A DNA stretch of 64,000 nucleotides from Veleropilina oligotropha (lineage: Eukaryota), in contig JBEUKZ010000083.1 in assembly GCA_048128005.1 (NCBI GenBank), positions 1-64,000 on the forward strand. The letters run 5' to 3'. This document shows positions 44,560 through 58,210 of this stretch, piece after piece; position 1 is the first letter of the stretch; the number at the start of each line of letters is the position of its first letter. The position numbers were made by a program, and so were the translations under genes. A model generated the notes under the pieces. The model was given only the letters and a program-made list of their open reading frames with translations. It ran no database searches and was not told where the DNA came from.

Positions 44560-47500
44560 GGTTTAAACAATATTTATCTGAGATAATCATATAATATTTA
44601 CATATACATAAGTACAGTTGTGAGGATGAGAAACAAAAAACTAGTGCTTATGGATACTTCTCCTCAAATAATGTAGTATGACATATATACATGTATGTAT
44701 ATGATGGTGAATAAGATTAAACCAAAATGGTGCAGGTTCGTGCAGATCTTTATTGTTGTTATTAAGCCATAGTCATTGTTGTTTCCATAATAATATTTGA
44801 AAATATATTTGCGAAATACTCTAATTAAACCTTTTAGACATAGTTGTAAATTTATGCACAGCACAGACAATCTCTTCATTTTCATCAGTAGAGGGCAAGG
44901 GATTTCCGCGTAATAACGTGTTTATGTTTATATTTAATGATAATCTTTCCAAGGTTTGTTGTCTAATTTCGTTGTAGTTTTGACAGGTTATTAGGTAATG
45001 TGAAGGAGTTTCGGGTAGTCCGCAAGAACATTTGTCGTCTGCAGATACGTGATTTAGGAATAAGGCAGCGTTAAGTGAACTACACCTCAGTCTAATCCGT
45101 GTATGCCAAATTTGAGCGTTCCTGTTACCCAGGTAATAATAACTTGGTACCTTTACGATGTCTCGGTTCAAGTATGCTTTGAAGGCGTAAAGCGAGGGAC
45201 TATTTCTAACATCAATTGGTAACATGTTCCAGTCTTTTATTGAATGTGGTAAGAACGAGTTTTGATAAAGGTTAGTTCTACAAAGAGGTGTATGTAAATT
45301 ATAGTTATTTCGAAGGTATCTATTGCTAATTTGCTGGGCACTTGGAGGAATCAACGTCTGTAAGTACATAGGTGCGGTTTTGTGATACATTGTACATAAT
45401 GTTATCATTCTGTGTTTATACCGTCTGTATGACAGTTGTTCCCATTTGGTATCATTAAGTATTTTAGCCTTTGATGCGGACTTTGTTGCTCCACAGACAA
45501 TTCTGCCTGCTTCTGTTTGAATTTTTTCTACCTCGTCTTTCTCATATTGAGTGCAATTATCCCAAATGATGTCTCCATATTATAACAAAGGTCGAATGTA
45601 TGAAAAATAAAAACTTTCTAGGGACTTTCTGTCTAGTTTAAATTTCAAGTTTCGTAAAATATTGATTCTTTTCCATGCCTTGGTAGCGATTTCAGTAATG
45701 TGATCATGCCATGAGAGGTTTCGACTAATATTTAGTCCTAAGTGCTTGTGGGATGGTACATTCGTGATTTGCAAGTTGTTCATTAATAATGGTGGATGGT
45801 TAACAGGTTGAGTTTTCCTTGAAATTATCATTTATTCAGTTTTATTTGGGTTAAATTCAACAAGCCATTGTTTTGACCAGTTGTGGATTTTGTGGAGTTT
45901 ACCATTTAACGAATTGGCTGCCTGGGCTGGCTCCTCAACCACAATGTATAGAGAAATGTCGTCAGCAAAAGTCTTATGCTTGACCCAATGTTCATAAAAA
46001 TGTCATTAATATAAATTAAGAAAAGCATTGGTCCAAGTATAGAGTCTTGCCGAACGCCTGCCCTGACACCCAGTTGTCGTGATGATGATCCTTCAATTAG
46101 GACTATTTGCTTTCTGTCCTTTAAATAATTGCGAAACCAATCGAGCAACCCGTCATTAGTCTCTTCTTTCAGCTTGTATATCAAGCCTTCGTGCCAGACT
46201 CTGTCAAATGCCTTACTGATGCCACAGAAGACAACCCGTACCTCTTTGCCTTCATCTAATGCCTTACAAAATGAATTATAAATATAACATAATTGGTATA
46301 CAGAGGAATCCTTGAGGTAAATCCTGACTGAAATTGTGTAATTGTGTTAGTTGTAATAATATAATTACTTAAAGACACACCTTTCAAATATTTTACTTAC
46401 ACAACTAAGTAAGGAAATTGGCCTATAATTAGAAACATCATTCTTATCTCCTTTCGTGTGAATGGGGATAATATTAGCCAACTTCCATGAGTTTGGAAAT
46501 TGGGATTTTTGAAGAGTGTTATTAATAAGAGAATCCAAGTGTCGTGCTAAGAATGTTGAACCTTCCTTGAGCAATTTGGGATTAATAAGGTCTGGACCGC
46601 ATGCTTTACCTGTGTCTAGTGTATTTAAAACATCCGTTACATCGGTTATTGTTATATTAATATTACTTAACGTGTTGTTTGCTGGTGGTGTGTTGTGCGT
46701 AGGCGTACTATTGTTTGAAACTATGTTGCACTGGTCACTGAAATAACAATTAAATATGTTGGCTTTGTCTTGACAGTCATGGCGGAGTGTGTCATTATGA
46801 AGAATTGGAGGGTAATCGGAGGTGGTGTTTTGGTTGATAAATTGTTTCGCTATCTTCCACCATGTCTTGCTACCATTGACACCTTGTTGAAATTTCGCCG
46901 CTAATTTATTAAAATAATTCAGTTTGGCCTGTCGGACCTCCGCCACAACATGATTTTGTTTTTTCTCGAAATGATGCCCAGTGTATTGGGTTGTTTGTCC
47001 GTTTTGCCTGCTTGTGTTTCCTTTTGCGTTGGCGAATTTGCTTTCTTAGTTTATTACACATCCAAGGAAGGTCTCTTTGTCGAATTATGACAATTTTATG
47101 TGGAATGGCAGTGTTTGCTGATTGTAGAATGTTTTGTGAAATTAATTCCACTTGCACATCCAGTGTTATGTTTGTGATATCCCAATTGCAGTTTTTTAGT
47201 GAAGCTCCGTACAAATTATAGTCAGCTGTTTGATAATTCCAAATTTTACGTTTATATGAGTATTGTTTGGTTTTAATGAAGTCAGTGTGGATGAACACAG
47301 GGTTGTGGTCACTACAGAAAGGGTCTAAAACGCCGTTCTCTGTGCACATATTGTGTTACTCGTTAGTATAATATCTATGAGAGTTGAGCTATTTTCTGTT
47401 ATTCTGGTGGGCTCGACTATATGTTGAGTCAAGTCAAAAACGTTCATTAAATTTCTAATGTTTTTACATTTACGGTAATTCATAAAATCTTCATTGAAAT

Positions 47501-48300
47501 CGCCTAATATTATATTATTGTCGCAAGATTGTCTTGCTTGATCTATTGATAATTCAACAAGGTGCCAGTCGGTAAATCTGGGATGAATATAGAAATAACC
47601 AATTAATAATATTTTGTTATTATATATAACTTCTGCCCAAATAGCTTCAAGTTAAGTTATCTTTTTTAAAGAAAGGAATATCTTTCTTAAAATATATTGC
47701 CACACCTCCCCGTGTCTGTTTCTGTCTAGTCGTAGTTGATAGTTTGGTATTGTTAGGTCTTCTTGAGGTATAGCGTTGCTTAGCCATGTTTGACTGATAG
47801 TGATGCCATCAAAATGATTGAGTTCAGTGCTAATACGGTCAGTTTTGTTAATGATGCTATGAATATTAATATGGCACACAGATAGGCATTTGCCATAGTC
47901 GACAGAAGCAGTTCTAATTGTTGTTGGTCCAGGATTGGTTTCGACATCGTTAGGTATTATAAATAAGAGTTTGGCATAAAGGTTGTAGTTATTATTGCGA
48001 AAAGATGCTATTTCCAGTGCTTTGGTCTTTTGGAGATATATAGATGTACACAAGGCATGAAAAAGACTATTCCAATTAATAAATACGTACAGAAAGATTC
48101 TAAGTCCAAGTGCCCCGCATTGGGTAATTAACATTAAATAAAACATATGACAATACGTTATTAATTTTCGATTTTTTAAACGAAAAGCCCTTGGATAGTT
48201 GCACCCAACGCAAGCCCTATATTGCTCTAATGAAATACCCATTGATCACATGGATACGAAGTTAAGAAATATTTGAGAGTTGGCTGGGTGACTAATATGA
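44560..48300 (-). mobile_element. Near full-length decayed CR1-like LINE (2A-like peptide, APE endonuclease, RT, Cys tail)
   Basis: DVETNPGP, CHINIHSI, ITISQTWL, SDHNPV, NYRPISLLSCVSKIFER, GPMLFLIYIND and NSFLPHSIKDWNMLP, with multiple frameshifts and stops. The 5' boundary is approximate. Confidence 0.9.
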
Positions 48301-48825
48301 ACGGTTTTCGGCTATTGGTGAAGATATAGAGGTTTTCTGAGACTTCTTTTCTCGATATATTCGTGATAATTTTAGTTGATACTATTTTCAGAGTGTATAT
48401 AAACTTTGAGTTATGTTCAAATGCGCAATAACCTTAAGTAGGTTCTATATTTAAATAATTCCTTGGTAAATTGTTAATGATTACTTGGTTAACAACAAAA
48501 GCTTTGTAGTTTATATTATATAAATAAGATCTGACGTGAAAATGATAGATAAAAATGAAAGTCGACGTGTTCGTCACACAAAGACTTTGAGGGTACAGTA
48601 GATAACAAATAGGTTATTAATATCAAGAGAAGTGTTGGTTGAGCAGTGTCCTGTTGGTTTAAATTAATTTATGACGATAACTGCGATTATACAATATTTG
48701 CATATTTATAATGGCACTGGAACCATATACAGTGGGTGCAATCCAAACTGCTGCCAAAATACATACATAAATTAATCAATATATAACATGTAAAGTACAT
48801 AATACAATACAAATTTACACGCAAA

Positions 48826-48827
<2 letters not shown>

Positions 48828-48902
<75 letters not shown>
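48828..48902. repeat. (TA)n microsatellite
   Basis: Directly visible. Confidence 0.95.
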
Positions 48903-48903
<1 letters not shown>

Positions 48904-49060
48904 CATGCTCTATGGCAATTGGTCCGAGAAAGACTAGACGATATTCAAGTAGTCAGACGGCAGCATATGTTTGGTTCAACCATATTACACACAATTAAAC
49001 CGTCGCAGTACCGGTACTGATAAGAACTAAAACGATGCAAGACGTCGCGCATTGATTATA

Positions 49061-49900
49061 TAGAGGATCTCATATGAGTGGTAATGTAATATCACATTTA
49101 TGAAATTAGTTAAACGAGTTTCATAAATGTGATATTACATTACCACGAGTGTGAGGTTCTGTTTATCACATATCGCTCTTCGGTAGGAAACAAACTACAA
49201 ACTCACGAAATTGCCTCACCGGTACGAAGAATCAGTGGTAGATTGAAGGAGACATTACGGCGTAGTGATATGTAAACAGTTTAATGCAAAAAGGACGTGT
49301 TTACTCATTACATAAATTAGTAACATTAATGCCGTCTAAAAAGAGTGCGAAAGTAGTTGATTAATTAAGTTAATTAATAAATATTCTTTGAAAATGATCC
49401 GATATAACTTTATATAAACTATATGAACATATTAGAATAACAATTTTCATTAGGATTTAAAACTAACTGCCAAAAACAGTAACGCGGGATATGTGTCGCT
49501 GACCGGTTAGAATCTGTCATTGACGTCTGCTATCGCGGAGAAGCTATGTATACGTACCTCGGGTCCTGCATATATGTGATTGTCGCGTCCGCCATCTCGT
49601 TACCTCAAAATCAGTTCCAATAATCTCTAACATGTTGTTGTTTTTTGGCCGTTGCTATAAATGTTTCCACTATCGCCACCATATTGTCAACATTACAAAT
49701 ATTGGCGGCAATCTCATTAAACAAAACGTAGTAAAAACAAGAAGTCCGCTCGACCTTTAGTGACACGCATTTCTATTGGCTGTTCTAATTTCATTCATTA
49801 ATTCATCCAATCGCATTTGGATATGGCAAAAACACACGTTTATTACGACGAATAATACACGGTGTTGCACTATGGGAGAATGACCTAGATATGTGATAAA
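49061..49900 (+). mobile_element. ~840-bp non-autonomous dispersed element with a 5' hairpin (copy 1)
   Basis: Highly similar to 61876-62716; contains a 27-bp-arm palindrome at 49079-49145. Confidence 0.85.
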
Positions 49901-51416
49901 TAACATTGTTACACTTTCCCGACCACCAAGGACCATACCGCTCATCGGCCAGGACAGAAAATCTCTTCCACGAACTGAGCGCACGACAGAGGCTAGGCCT
50001 ATGTGCTTTGGCAGTCATCGACGCCTGTCGGTCAAGCCATAGACACGACCTTATATTTGTTTGCATTGAAATGCATTTGCGATTATACCTTCGAGTCTTC
50101 TTCATTTTATATGATATCGGACAACTTTGTGCGTATTCACGCGTGCACAGACTTTTAATATGACATCGTCAGCTCCTCCCACTTTTGACGTTGCAAAGCA
50201 GCGGCTGCTTACCGGGCAAATTTGGTGACGTCAAAAGGAAAACTACGCAGCTATACCAACCGTTTTTCTATGTGTAACATAGGGGGAGTTAGATTCGGGC
50301 ACCCTAGAGTAGAGTCGAATTCAAGTTGCGCATGCCCATTGTAATTTACAATCAAACGCATCGAACACGACACTAGAGAACAAACATGGCCGACCTCGGT
50401 TTTAATTGACGAACTTCTGCAGCTTCCCCAGCTAATCAAGCTAATTATTTAAAACTGCAAGTGTAGTCAATTAGATTCTCCCGGCGCACTATTTCTTCGT
50501 AATGACGAGTAAAAGTGTCGCGGTACCGGACAATTTGTATATACACAAAAGTCAATAATAAAGATTCAAATTGATACCCTCTGATTTATGGCAGCTAACA
50601 CATGGAAATATCATGTTTTCCCCCAATTATGATACTGTTAATGTCTGTCATATCGGTACATACACTCCTAAATATAAGTAGTTACTTCGTCACAGGTTGT
50701 AAGCTCTGCCGAACTGACCGTGTGTCGTTTTGACCGTTAAGTACCCCTACCACAGGACGTCACATAGTATCGGTGCATGTGAGACAGCATTGCGAAGCCG
50801 CCGTATAAGCGTGTACTGAACATTATATGATAATATCACTGGTGTAACCTACTTATTTTATCAATAAAACTTTAACCATAAAAGACAATTCATACTGGAT
50901 GCATGATTTGTAAAGAATCTATGACATTTATTAAATTGAGATAAAAACGTACTCTGTTGATTTCACACGCTAGTCTGTAGCCGCCATCTTGATGACATCA
51001 CAACACGAGTCACTCCTGCAAAATCGGGGAGTATATTCGTGATCTACTTTCCAAACCCGAGTGTCGTGTTCTCGCTGTCTGATTCCCGATCTCAACCCGA
51101 CTCGACACTAGTGTGCCCCAATCAAACTCCCCCTTAGTGTGTTACTCCTGGTGTGAACTGTGTTACCATAAATATTTAAGCAGATTAAGTGACCATATGA
51201 TCGCTCAACGTCAAGATATCGATGACGACAGCGAACTTTTTCAGGTCAAGTTGTCGGATAAGATGGCCGCCAACAACAGCAGAAAATGCTTTAAATTGAT
51301 TGGTTGATCCTTAAGTTGATTTGCAGTATGGAAATATTAGAACACAATTCAATTAAATATTTGAACACAATTCAGTGAACAATAATATTTTCGAAAGTTC
51401 TTTTCTCTGATTTCAG

Positions 51417-52574
51417 ATATGCTCACATTTGGTCAAAGTACATGTCCAACCGAACCACCAACAGAAGCACCAGCTGAACCAACCACCCAACCGCCAACTG
51501 AACAACCAACCGAACCACCAACTGAACCACCAACAAAACCGCCAACCGAATCACCAACAGAACCACCAACTGAACCGCCAACTGAACCACCAACAGAACC
51601 TCCAACTGAACCACCAACCGAACCTCCAACTGAGCCACCAACCGAACCACCAACCGAACCACCAACTGAACCGCCAACAGAACCGCCAACAGAACCGCCA
51701 ACTGAAGCACCAAACGAACCGCCAACAGAACCGCCAACTGAACCACCAACAGAACCACCAACTGAACCACCAACAGAACCAACAGAACCACCAACAGAAC
51801 CGCCAACAGAACCACCAACGGAACCGCCAACTGAACCGCCGACAGAACCGCCGACAGAACCGCCAACGGAAGCACCAACCGAACTGCCAACAGAACCACC
51901 AACCGAACCGCCAACCGAACCACCAACAGAACCGCCAACTGAACCGCCAACAGAACCGCCAACTGAACCACCAACGGAATCACCAACGGAACCGCCAACA
52001 GAACCGCCAACAGAACCACCAAATGAACTGCCAACAGAACCGCCAACAGAACCACCAACTGAACCGCCAACAGAACCACCAACAGAACCACCAACAGAAC
52101 CACCAACAGAACCACCAACAGAACCACCAACAGAACCACCAACAGAACCACCAACCGAATCACCAACGGAACCGCCAACAGAACCACCAACTGAACCGCC
52201 AACAGAACCGCCAACGGAACCACCAACTGAACTGCCAACAGAACCACAAACTGAACCGCCGACAGAACTGCCGACAGAACCACCAACAGAACCGCCAACA
52301 GAACCACCAACGGAACCACCAACAGAACCACCAACAGAACCGCCAACTGAACCACCAACCGAGCCACCAACCGAACCACCAACCGAATCACCAACCGAAC
52401 CACCAACTGAACCGCCAACAGAACCACCAACCGAACCACCAACCGAACCGCCAACTGATCCACCAACAGAAACACCAACCGAACCACCAACAGAACCACC
52501 AACAGAACTGCCAACCGAATTACCAACTGAAACTCAAACTGAGCCACCAACCGAAACCCCAACAGAGCCACCAG
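51417..52574 (+). CDS. Host gene exon: (PTEP)n mucin-like stalk
   Basis: TTTCAG| MLTFGQSTC(PTEP)n... |GTACGA. 1158 nt of 12-bp repeats with synonymous variation; phase 1-1. Confidence 0.9.
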
Positions 52575-52646
52575 GTACGATTTTAGGGTATTCTTATAAT
52601 TGTATCTGAATTGTTTTCTGCGACCAAGAACATGAGCTTTGGTTAT

Positions 52647-55600
52647 TAGTCCCTCAGCTGGAACCCTGATTTTCAGGATTTGGTGTAAAATTCCGCCCAA
52701 AAGTTTACTATATTTTTATGTAAGAGTGATATTTCCCGGTTCTATTAAGGTATGATAGCACTCTGGGAGTGGTAGCTTAAGGGTAGCAGATGAATTTAAA
52801 ATTCGATACCCTCGTTGAAACACAGTGCCATAAAAGGGGTACCCTTAAAGTGTTTTTGGTTATAACTCCGTTCATAATGCACTTAGAAGGAAAAAATTTG
52901 TGCCTAGGCATGTAAAATTACACCACCAAAAATACATTGCAAATTCTATTTTTTACGCGTCAACAGCCATCTTGGATTTCAAAATGGCCGCCGACTGAAT
53001 TTGATTTCGAAGCGTAAAATGATATAAATGGTTGATAAAGTTGTACCCAACAAGCTACTACACGCATGAGGGTGTTATTGTTTTTTATTTTAATGAAGAG
53101 GGATAAATACTCTTTAAAATAGCACTTGAATGAGACTGATATTCAATTTTACCATGGCATGTCAAATATCGAGATATGGAAAGCATCGCAATTTTAGACC
53201 ATTAACAGTATTCTTCAGCAATTTCTCAGCAATGATGTCGTAGGAAATGTTAAATTATGTGATAAAACCCATGATATTTATCTGTGGTTCAAAAGCAAAG
53301 CAAAATTACAATTTCTAATTTTTAAGATGTAGCGGCCATCTTGCATTTAAAAATGGTCGCCGACTGAATTTGTTCTCGAAACAAAAACTGTTATATTAGT
53401 GGTCCACAAGTTGTACATAACAAACTATTGCATGCATGATAGTGCTATTGTGATTTATTTTAACGAAAGGAGATGAATACTCTTTAAAATGGCGCTTGCA
53501 GGAGACTGAAATTCATGTGGAGTACTAATATATAGACGATTTACCATATAATATGTCACATTTCGAGATATCAATATACTTTTCTCATCATAGGTATCGA
53601 TGCTAGAACACACTTTCTCACCATTTGGAATAGACTTCTTCAACAAAAATATAATTTATTAACAGCTTAATGCGACGAAATAAATTCACATAATCCAAAA
53701 TGGTTGCCAAAGGATAACGTCATATATCTAAATTAGGTGGTAATTTATGCACATATTTGATATTTGATGATGGTCACACTAATTCTTTTATCCATTTTAT
53801 ATCAGGGTTATGGTAAAATTTGTTGGTACTTTAAAGATATTTGGGCTATATAATTTGTAATTCATTATATGTCGAGCCCCGTGGAGGAACTTTTTGACAA
53901 TTAACGATATGAAACTCAATGTCCTGCATCCTGTGAGTACAAATACATCTTTTGAATCAATATTTATACCACAACATTAAATAGATCATAGTATAATAAT
54001 TTATGTATAACATATTTTTAATTTTCCTTGAAATTGGGTGTAGGTACTGAGTTCTTACAGTTGATAATTGTTTCATATTTGCATATTTGTCTGGGTTGCA
54101 TAATGATCGCGTTTTCGTACGCAACACACATCACATCGATCATAGGAAGTTCTTCAGTTAAATTCCACTGTCGCATATCATGTCTTCCGAGCTCTACCCC
54201 TTCCAGATCTGCCTTCCACAATGAGCTTGGTACACTTATTGATCAAGTCACTGCTTCTCTGGACGTGGCAAAACCATCTTAGGCGATTATGACGTAAGAC
54301 AACATCAAGCTTGCAAATTCCGAGGTGTTGATACAAGTTCAACGATGAAGTGCTGACATGAGCAGTAACCTTAATTCCCCACATCCATCAGAGCATATGT
54401 CGCTCATTTCTCTCAGATTGGGACTGATCCGTATTTTTCGGTTGACAACACTCACTAGCATACAGCATAACACTAACGTTCAAAAAACTTTCCCTCGGGT
54501 GAGAAGGCAAAGGGAACGACACATTAAGATTAGGTTTAGCATCCTGAGCTTTCCCCATGCGCATCTTGGCCGCACCAGTAGTGTTAGCTTCATGAGGAGG
54601 TCCTGCCATATTGGTGTCTCTATGTGCCAGAACGTGTCCACTATCTCAAGATTTTCATCACCCACCTCAAGATACTGAAGGAAGCAGCCTTTGAGTGGAC
54701 GAGCTGTGCCCCTGCATATATTGTATCTTAACTGATTGTTTTTCTTCAGTCTCTTACCAACGTTACTGCACGGCATCTCTGGTATATCCAGTGTTGTCAA
54801 CCATGACATAATATAAAGTCGCTGCCAACACCTTTCATGCAGACTCCGCCCGAAAACTTTCCTGAATCTTTAAGATTGTTCATTTCAAGTCCACTGCATA
54901 ATGCTCTTTGTCTTCCCCATATTCACTCTCATTCCTTTTGCTTCCATGTTTTCATCATAGCTAGCAGTTTGGTGGAGTGTTCCAGGGATGTAGCTATAAT
55001 GACAAGGTCGCCAGCATAAAGCAGTTCCCAGGGGCAACTTGTTCGGAATTCTTCAGATAATTCCATCAGAAATATAGTGAACAACAGGGGACTAAGGACA
55101 GATCACTGTTGGACGCCTACCTGCACATTGAATGCATCACTGTACGATACACCCACATATACTCTGCATTTTGCATTCCTGTACATTGACTTCGCCACCT
55201 TTACAATCCACTTCGCTACACCTAGCTAACCCTGTCGAATGCCTTCTTCAGGTGAAGGTTATCTTTCTTTGCAAGGTGTTTTCCTGCACCCGACGCAAGA
55301 TGAAGATAGCTTCTGTTGTCTCACGACCAGGCGTAAATCCAAATTGCATCTCATCGAGACAGATCATATCCTGTAACATCTTCTCTAAGATCCGCTCCAT
55401 AGCCTTCATCATCTGATCTACCAACTGAAAACCGCGATAATTTCCGCTTTATAGAGCATCGCCTTTTTCCTTGTAAATATTGAGCACATAACGTTCGTCC
55501 CAATCAGCCAATACATTGCTGCTGCAAATGATAGCATTCACTAACTCTGTCACATGGTTAATGCAACTCTCTCCTGGTGCTTTCAAAATCACGGCAAAAT

Positions 55601-57427
55601 ACCTGAGGGGCCAACAACTTTCCAGACTTCATGTTGCTTATTGCTATAGCAACCATATCCATAGTAACATGCACAGGAGAACAAAGCACAGGATCTGCCA
55701 GAGATATCTACACGGCTCCATTCACACTCAACATTCAGGAGACGCGCATAGTGTTGCTTCCATGATGCCTTCTTCGACACATCATTAAATGATATACAAC
55801 CATTATAATCATTCACGCTCTTGAAGCTGTTGTCTCAGAGAATAGCCTCGAAAATTCATCTTTGCATTCACGATCCTTCAGCTTCCAAATCTTCTGTTAG
55901 GGGACAAACTATGTAGGACAAAGATCTCTGTACACCAGCGGCATATCAGGACCCTATGTTGAAAACCACATTCCTTACCAGGGATCAACTTGATATTCTT
56001 GACGAGCTTGAAATTGCGCTTTCTTATCCGGATGGAATCAATCTGTGTTCTGTTAGTACCAGATTGTTATGTGATAAGGTGTGCATCTTTCTTCTTCAAG
56101 AACGTGTTACCAACAACTAGATCATGATCCACAGCAAAATTAAGGATTGTCTCGCCTTCATGATTACGAATGCCATAACCGTGACCACCATGGACTCCAT
56201 GATACCCTGCTGAAATGTTCCAAACATGTCCATTACAATCGCCACAAGGGATCAGAATGCCCTGATCGCTGATCTTCGAGACGTCACTGCACAGAGTAAA
56301 TCATCACAGAAGGCGTCCTTGACCACGTCATTGAGACTAAAATTGCGATGTTTTTCCATATCTCGATATTTGACTACCATTTTAAAGAGTATCTATTCCT
56401 CTTCATTAAAATAAATCACAATCTTGCATTTAATAGTTTTTGGGGTACAACTTTATGAACCACTTATATAGTGTTTTGTTTCGAAAACAAATTCAGTCAG
56501 CGATCATTTTGAATTGTCACCAACGCTTAAAAATTAGAATTTGTAATTTGTTGTTGTTTTGGAACCACAGATAAAGATCATGAGCTTTATCACAGAATTT
56601 AACTTTTCATAAGAAATTTTAGCTGAGAAAATGCTGAAGATTACTTTTTATGGACTTTTATTTTTTTACATAACTCGATATTTGACATGCCATGGTAATT
56701 CGACTATGTTTCATGTCACCTATTGGATATTAGTCTCTTTCAATTGTCATTTTAAAGAGTATTCACACTCTCATACATCTAGTAGTTTGTTGGGTACAAC
56801 TTTATGAACCACATTTTTTTGTTTTGAAAACAAATTCAGTCGGCCGCCACAGATAAAAAATTAGTAGTTGCATTTTTTTGGTTTTGAAAATGCTGAAGAA
56901 GCCTTTTTGTAGACTAAAATCGAGACTTATTTTCATATCTCGATATTTGACCTATGGTAAATCGGCTATATTTCAGATCAAAGATTGAATATTAGTCTCA
57001 TTCAAGTGTCATATTAAAGAGTATGCATCCCTCTTCATGAAAACAAATCATAATATCACCCTCATGCATGTAGAAGTTTGACGGGTACGACTGTATGAAC
57101 CATTTATATAATTTTTTGTTTCCAAAACAAATTCAGTCGACTGCCATATTGAATTCAAAGATGGTTGCCACAGCTTAAAAAATAGAAATTGCAATATATT
57201 TTTTGGTGGTCTAATTTGATATGCCTAGGCATACTTTGGGGGTACCACTTTTATGGTATTGTTTTTTGACGAACGTACCGAACATTAAATTCAATTTCTA
57301 CCCTTAAGTTTCCACTCCCAGAGGGCTATCATGCCTTATTAGAACCGGGGGATACCCCTCTTACATAAAAATATAGTGAACCTTTGGGCGGAAGTTTATA
57401 CCAAAAACGTGTCCAACTGTGGGACTA
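52647..57427. mobile_element. Long-TIR non-autonomous DNA transposon (TAG...CTA ends, Academ-like) carrying a nested LINE
   Basis: TAGTCCC at 52647 and GGGACTA at 57427. Several hundred bp of diverged inverted similarity (e.g. 52680-52990 vs 57140-57410) and internal sub-repeats. Confidence 0.7.
54160..56330 (-). pseudogene. Decayed RTE-clade LINE
   Basis: Minus-strand fragments GHGYGIRNHEGETILNFAVDHDLVVGNTF, WELLYAGDLVI and LRWF.HVQRS...VEGRSGRGRARKT. Confidence 0.8.
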
Positions 57428-57946
57428 TGTGGAACAGATCGGTTGTCATTATCCTATCAGAATCCCACGATAAAATTCATTTGCATGTTCCAAGTTTCAA
57501 CCATTTGCAGTGGCGGGTGGGTGGTTATGGCACACACCTCTATGGCGGGACACATCAAATCATATTATTCAAATATATCTTTCCATAGCATCCCTCTTCA
57601 GCACCAAGAATGCATGAGAAGCCGTTCCACAAGGTTACATAACAAACATTTCTGGAACTATTGACGTTTCGTCGCCGTTAGTAATATTTTTCTAAACAAA
57701 TATAATTCAACTTATGTTAATAACTAATACCTACATGCAATCAGTTTATTAATTAATATTTTCTATAGAAAATTAGGTAGACTACTACTGCAAAGAAGAA
57801 TCGTCCGAAGGTTCCTCCTAACCGAAAATGTAAAAACCACCTAACAGAAAATCCTGGGGTCGCTTCTGATTTGCATATTAAACATTCTACCTATAGTGGT
57901 GTAACTGTCACGTATCCCACGAATATGTTATTATATTTCATTTCAG

Positions 57947-58096
57947 TGGTATACACAGAAATCAATAACAGGTGTGGCGTCGACTTTCCGGAGTGCCCCC
58001 CTCACGCCACCTGTCGGGTTTTCGGTTGCAGTGGTCATGTGTGCCGGTGCGAGGCTGGGTGGATACATAACGAGGGCCAGACTGAATGTCTCATAG
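57947..58096 (+). CDS. Host gene exon: Cys-rich repeat
   Basis: TTTCAG| VYTEINNRCGVDFPECPPHATCRVFGCSGHVCRCEAGWIHNEGQTECLI |GTAATT. Confidence 0.85.
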   Translation, partial: WYTQKSITGVASTFRSAPLTPPVGFSVAVVMCAGARLGGYITRARLNVS

Positions 58097-58210
58097 GTAA
58101 TTGCATGCCTAAGTAATAGGGAAAAGGTAATTGCATACCCGAGTAGTAGGATTAAGGTAATTGCATACCCGAGAAGTAGGATTAAGGTAATTGCATACCC
58201 GAGTAGTCGG
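58095..58210. repeat. 30-bp minisatellite starting at the splice donor
   Basis: About 4 copies of AGGTAATTGCATACCCGAGTAGTAGGATTA. Confidence 0.85.

Noticed and set aside
51423..52700. 425-aa minus-strand and 385-aa alternate-frame ORFs
   Set aside because: Shadows of the 12-bp PTEP repeat; only the PTEP frame fits the splice sites and synonymous variation.
58095..58210. CRISPR-like array
   Set aside because: Head-to-tail repeats without unique spacers, in a eukaryotic intron, with no cas genes.
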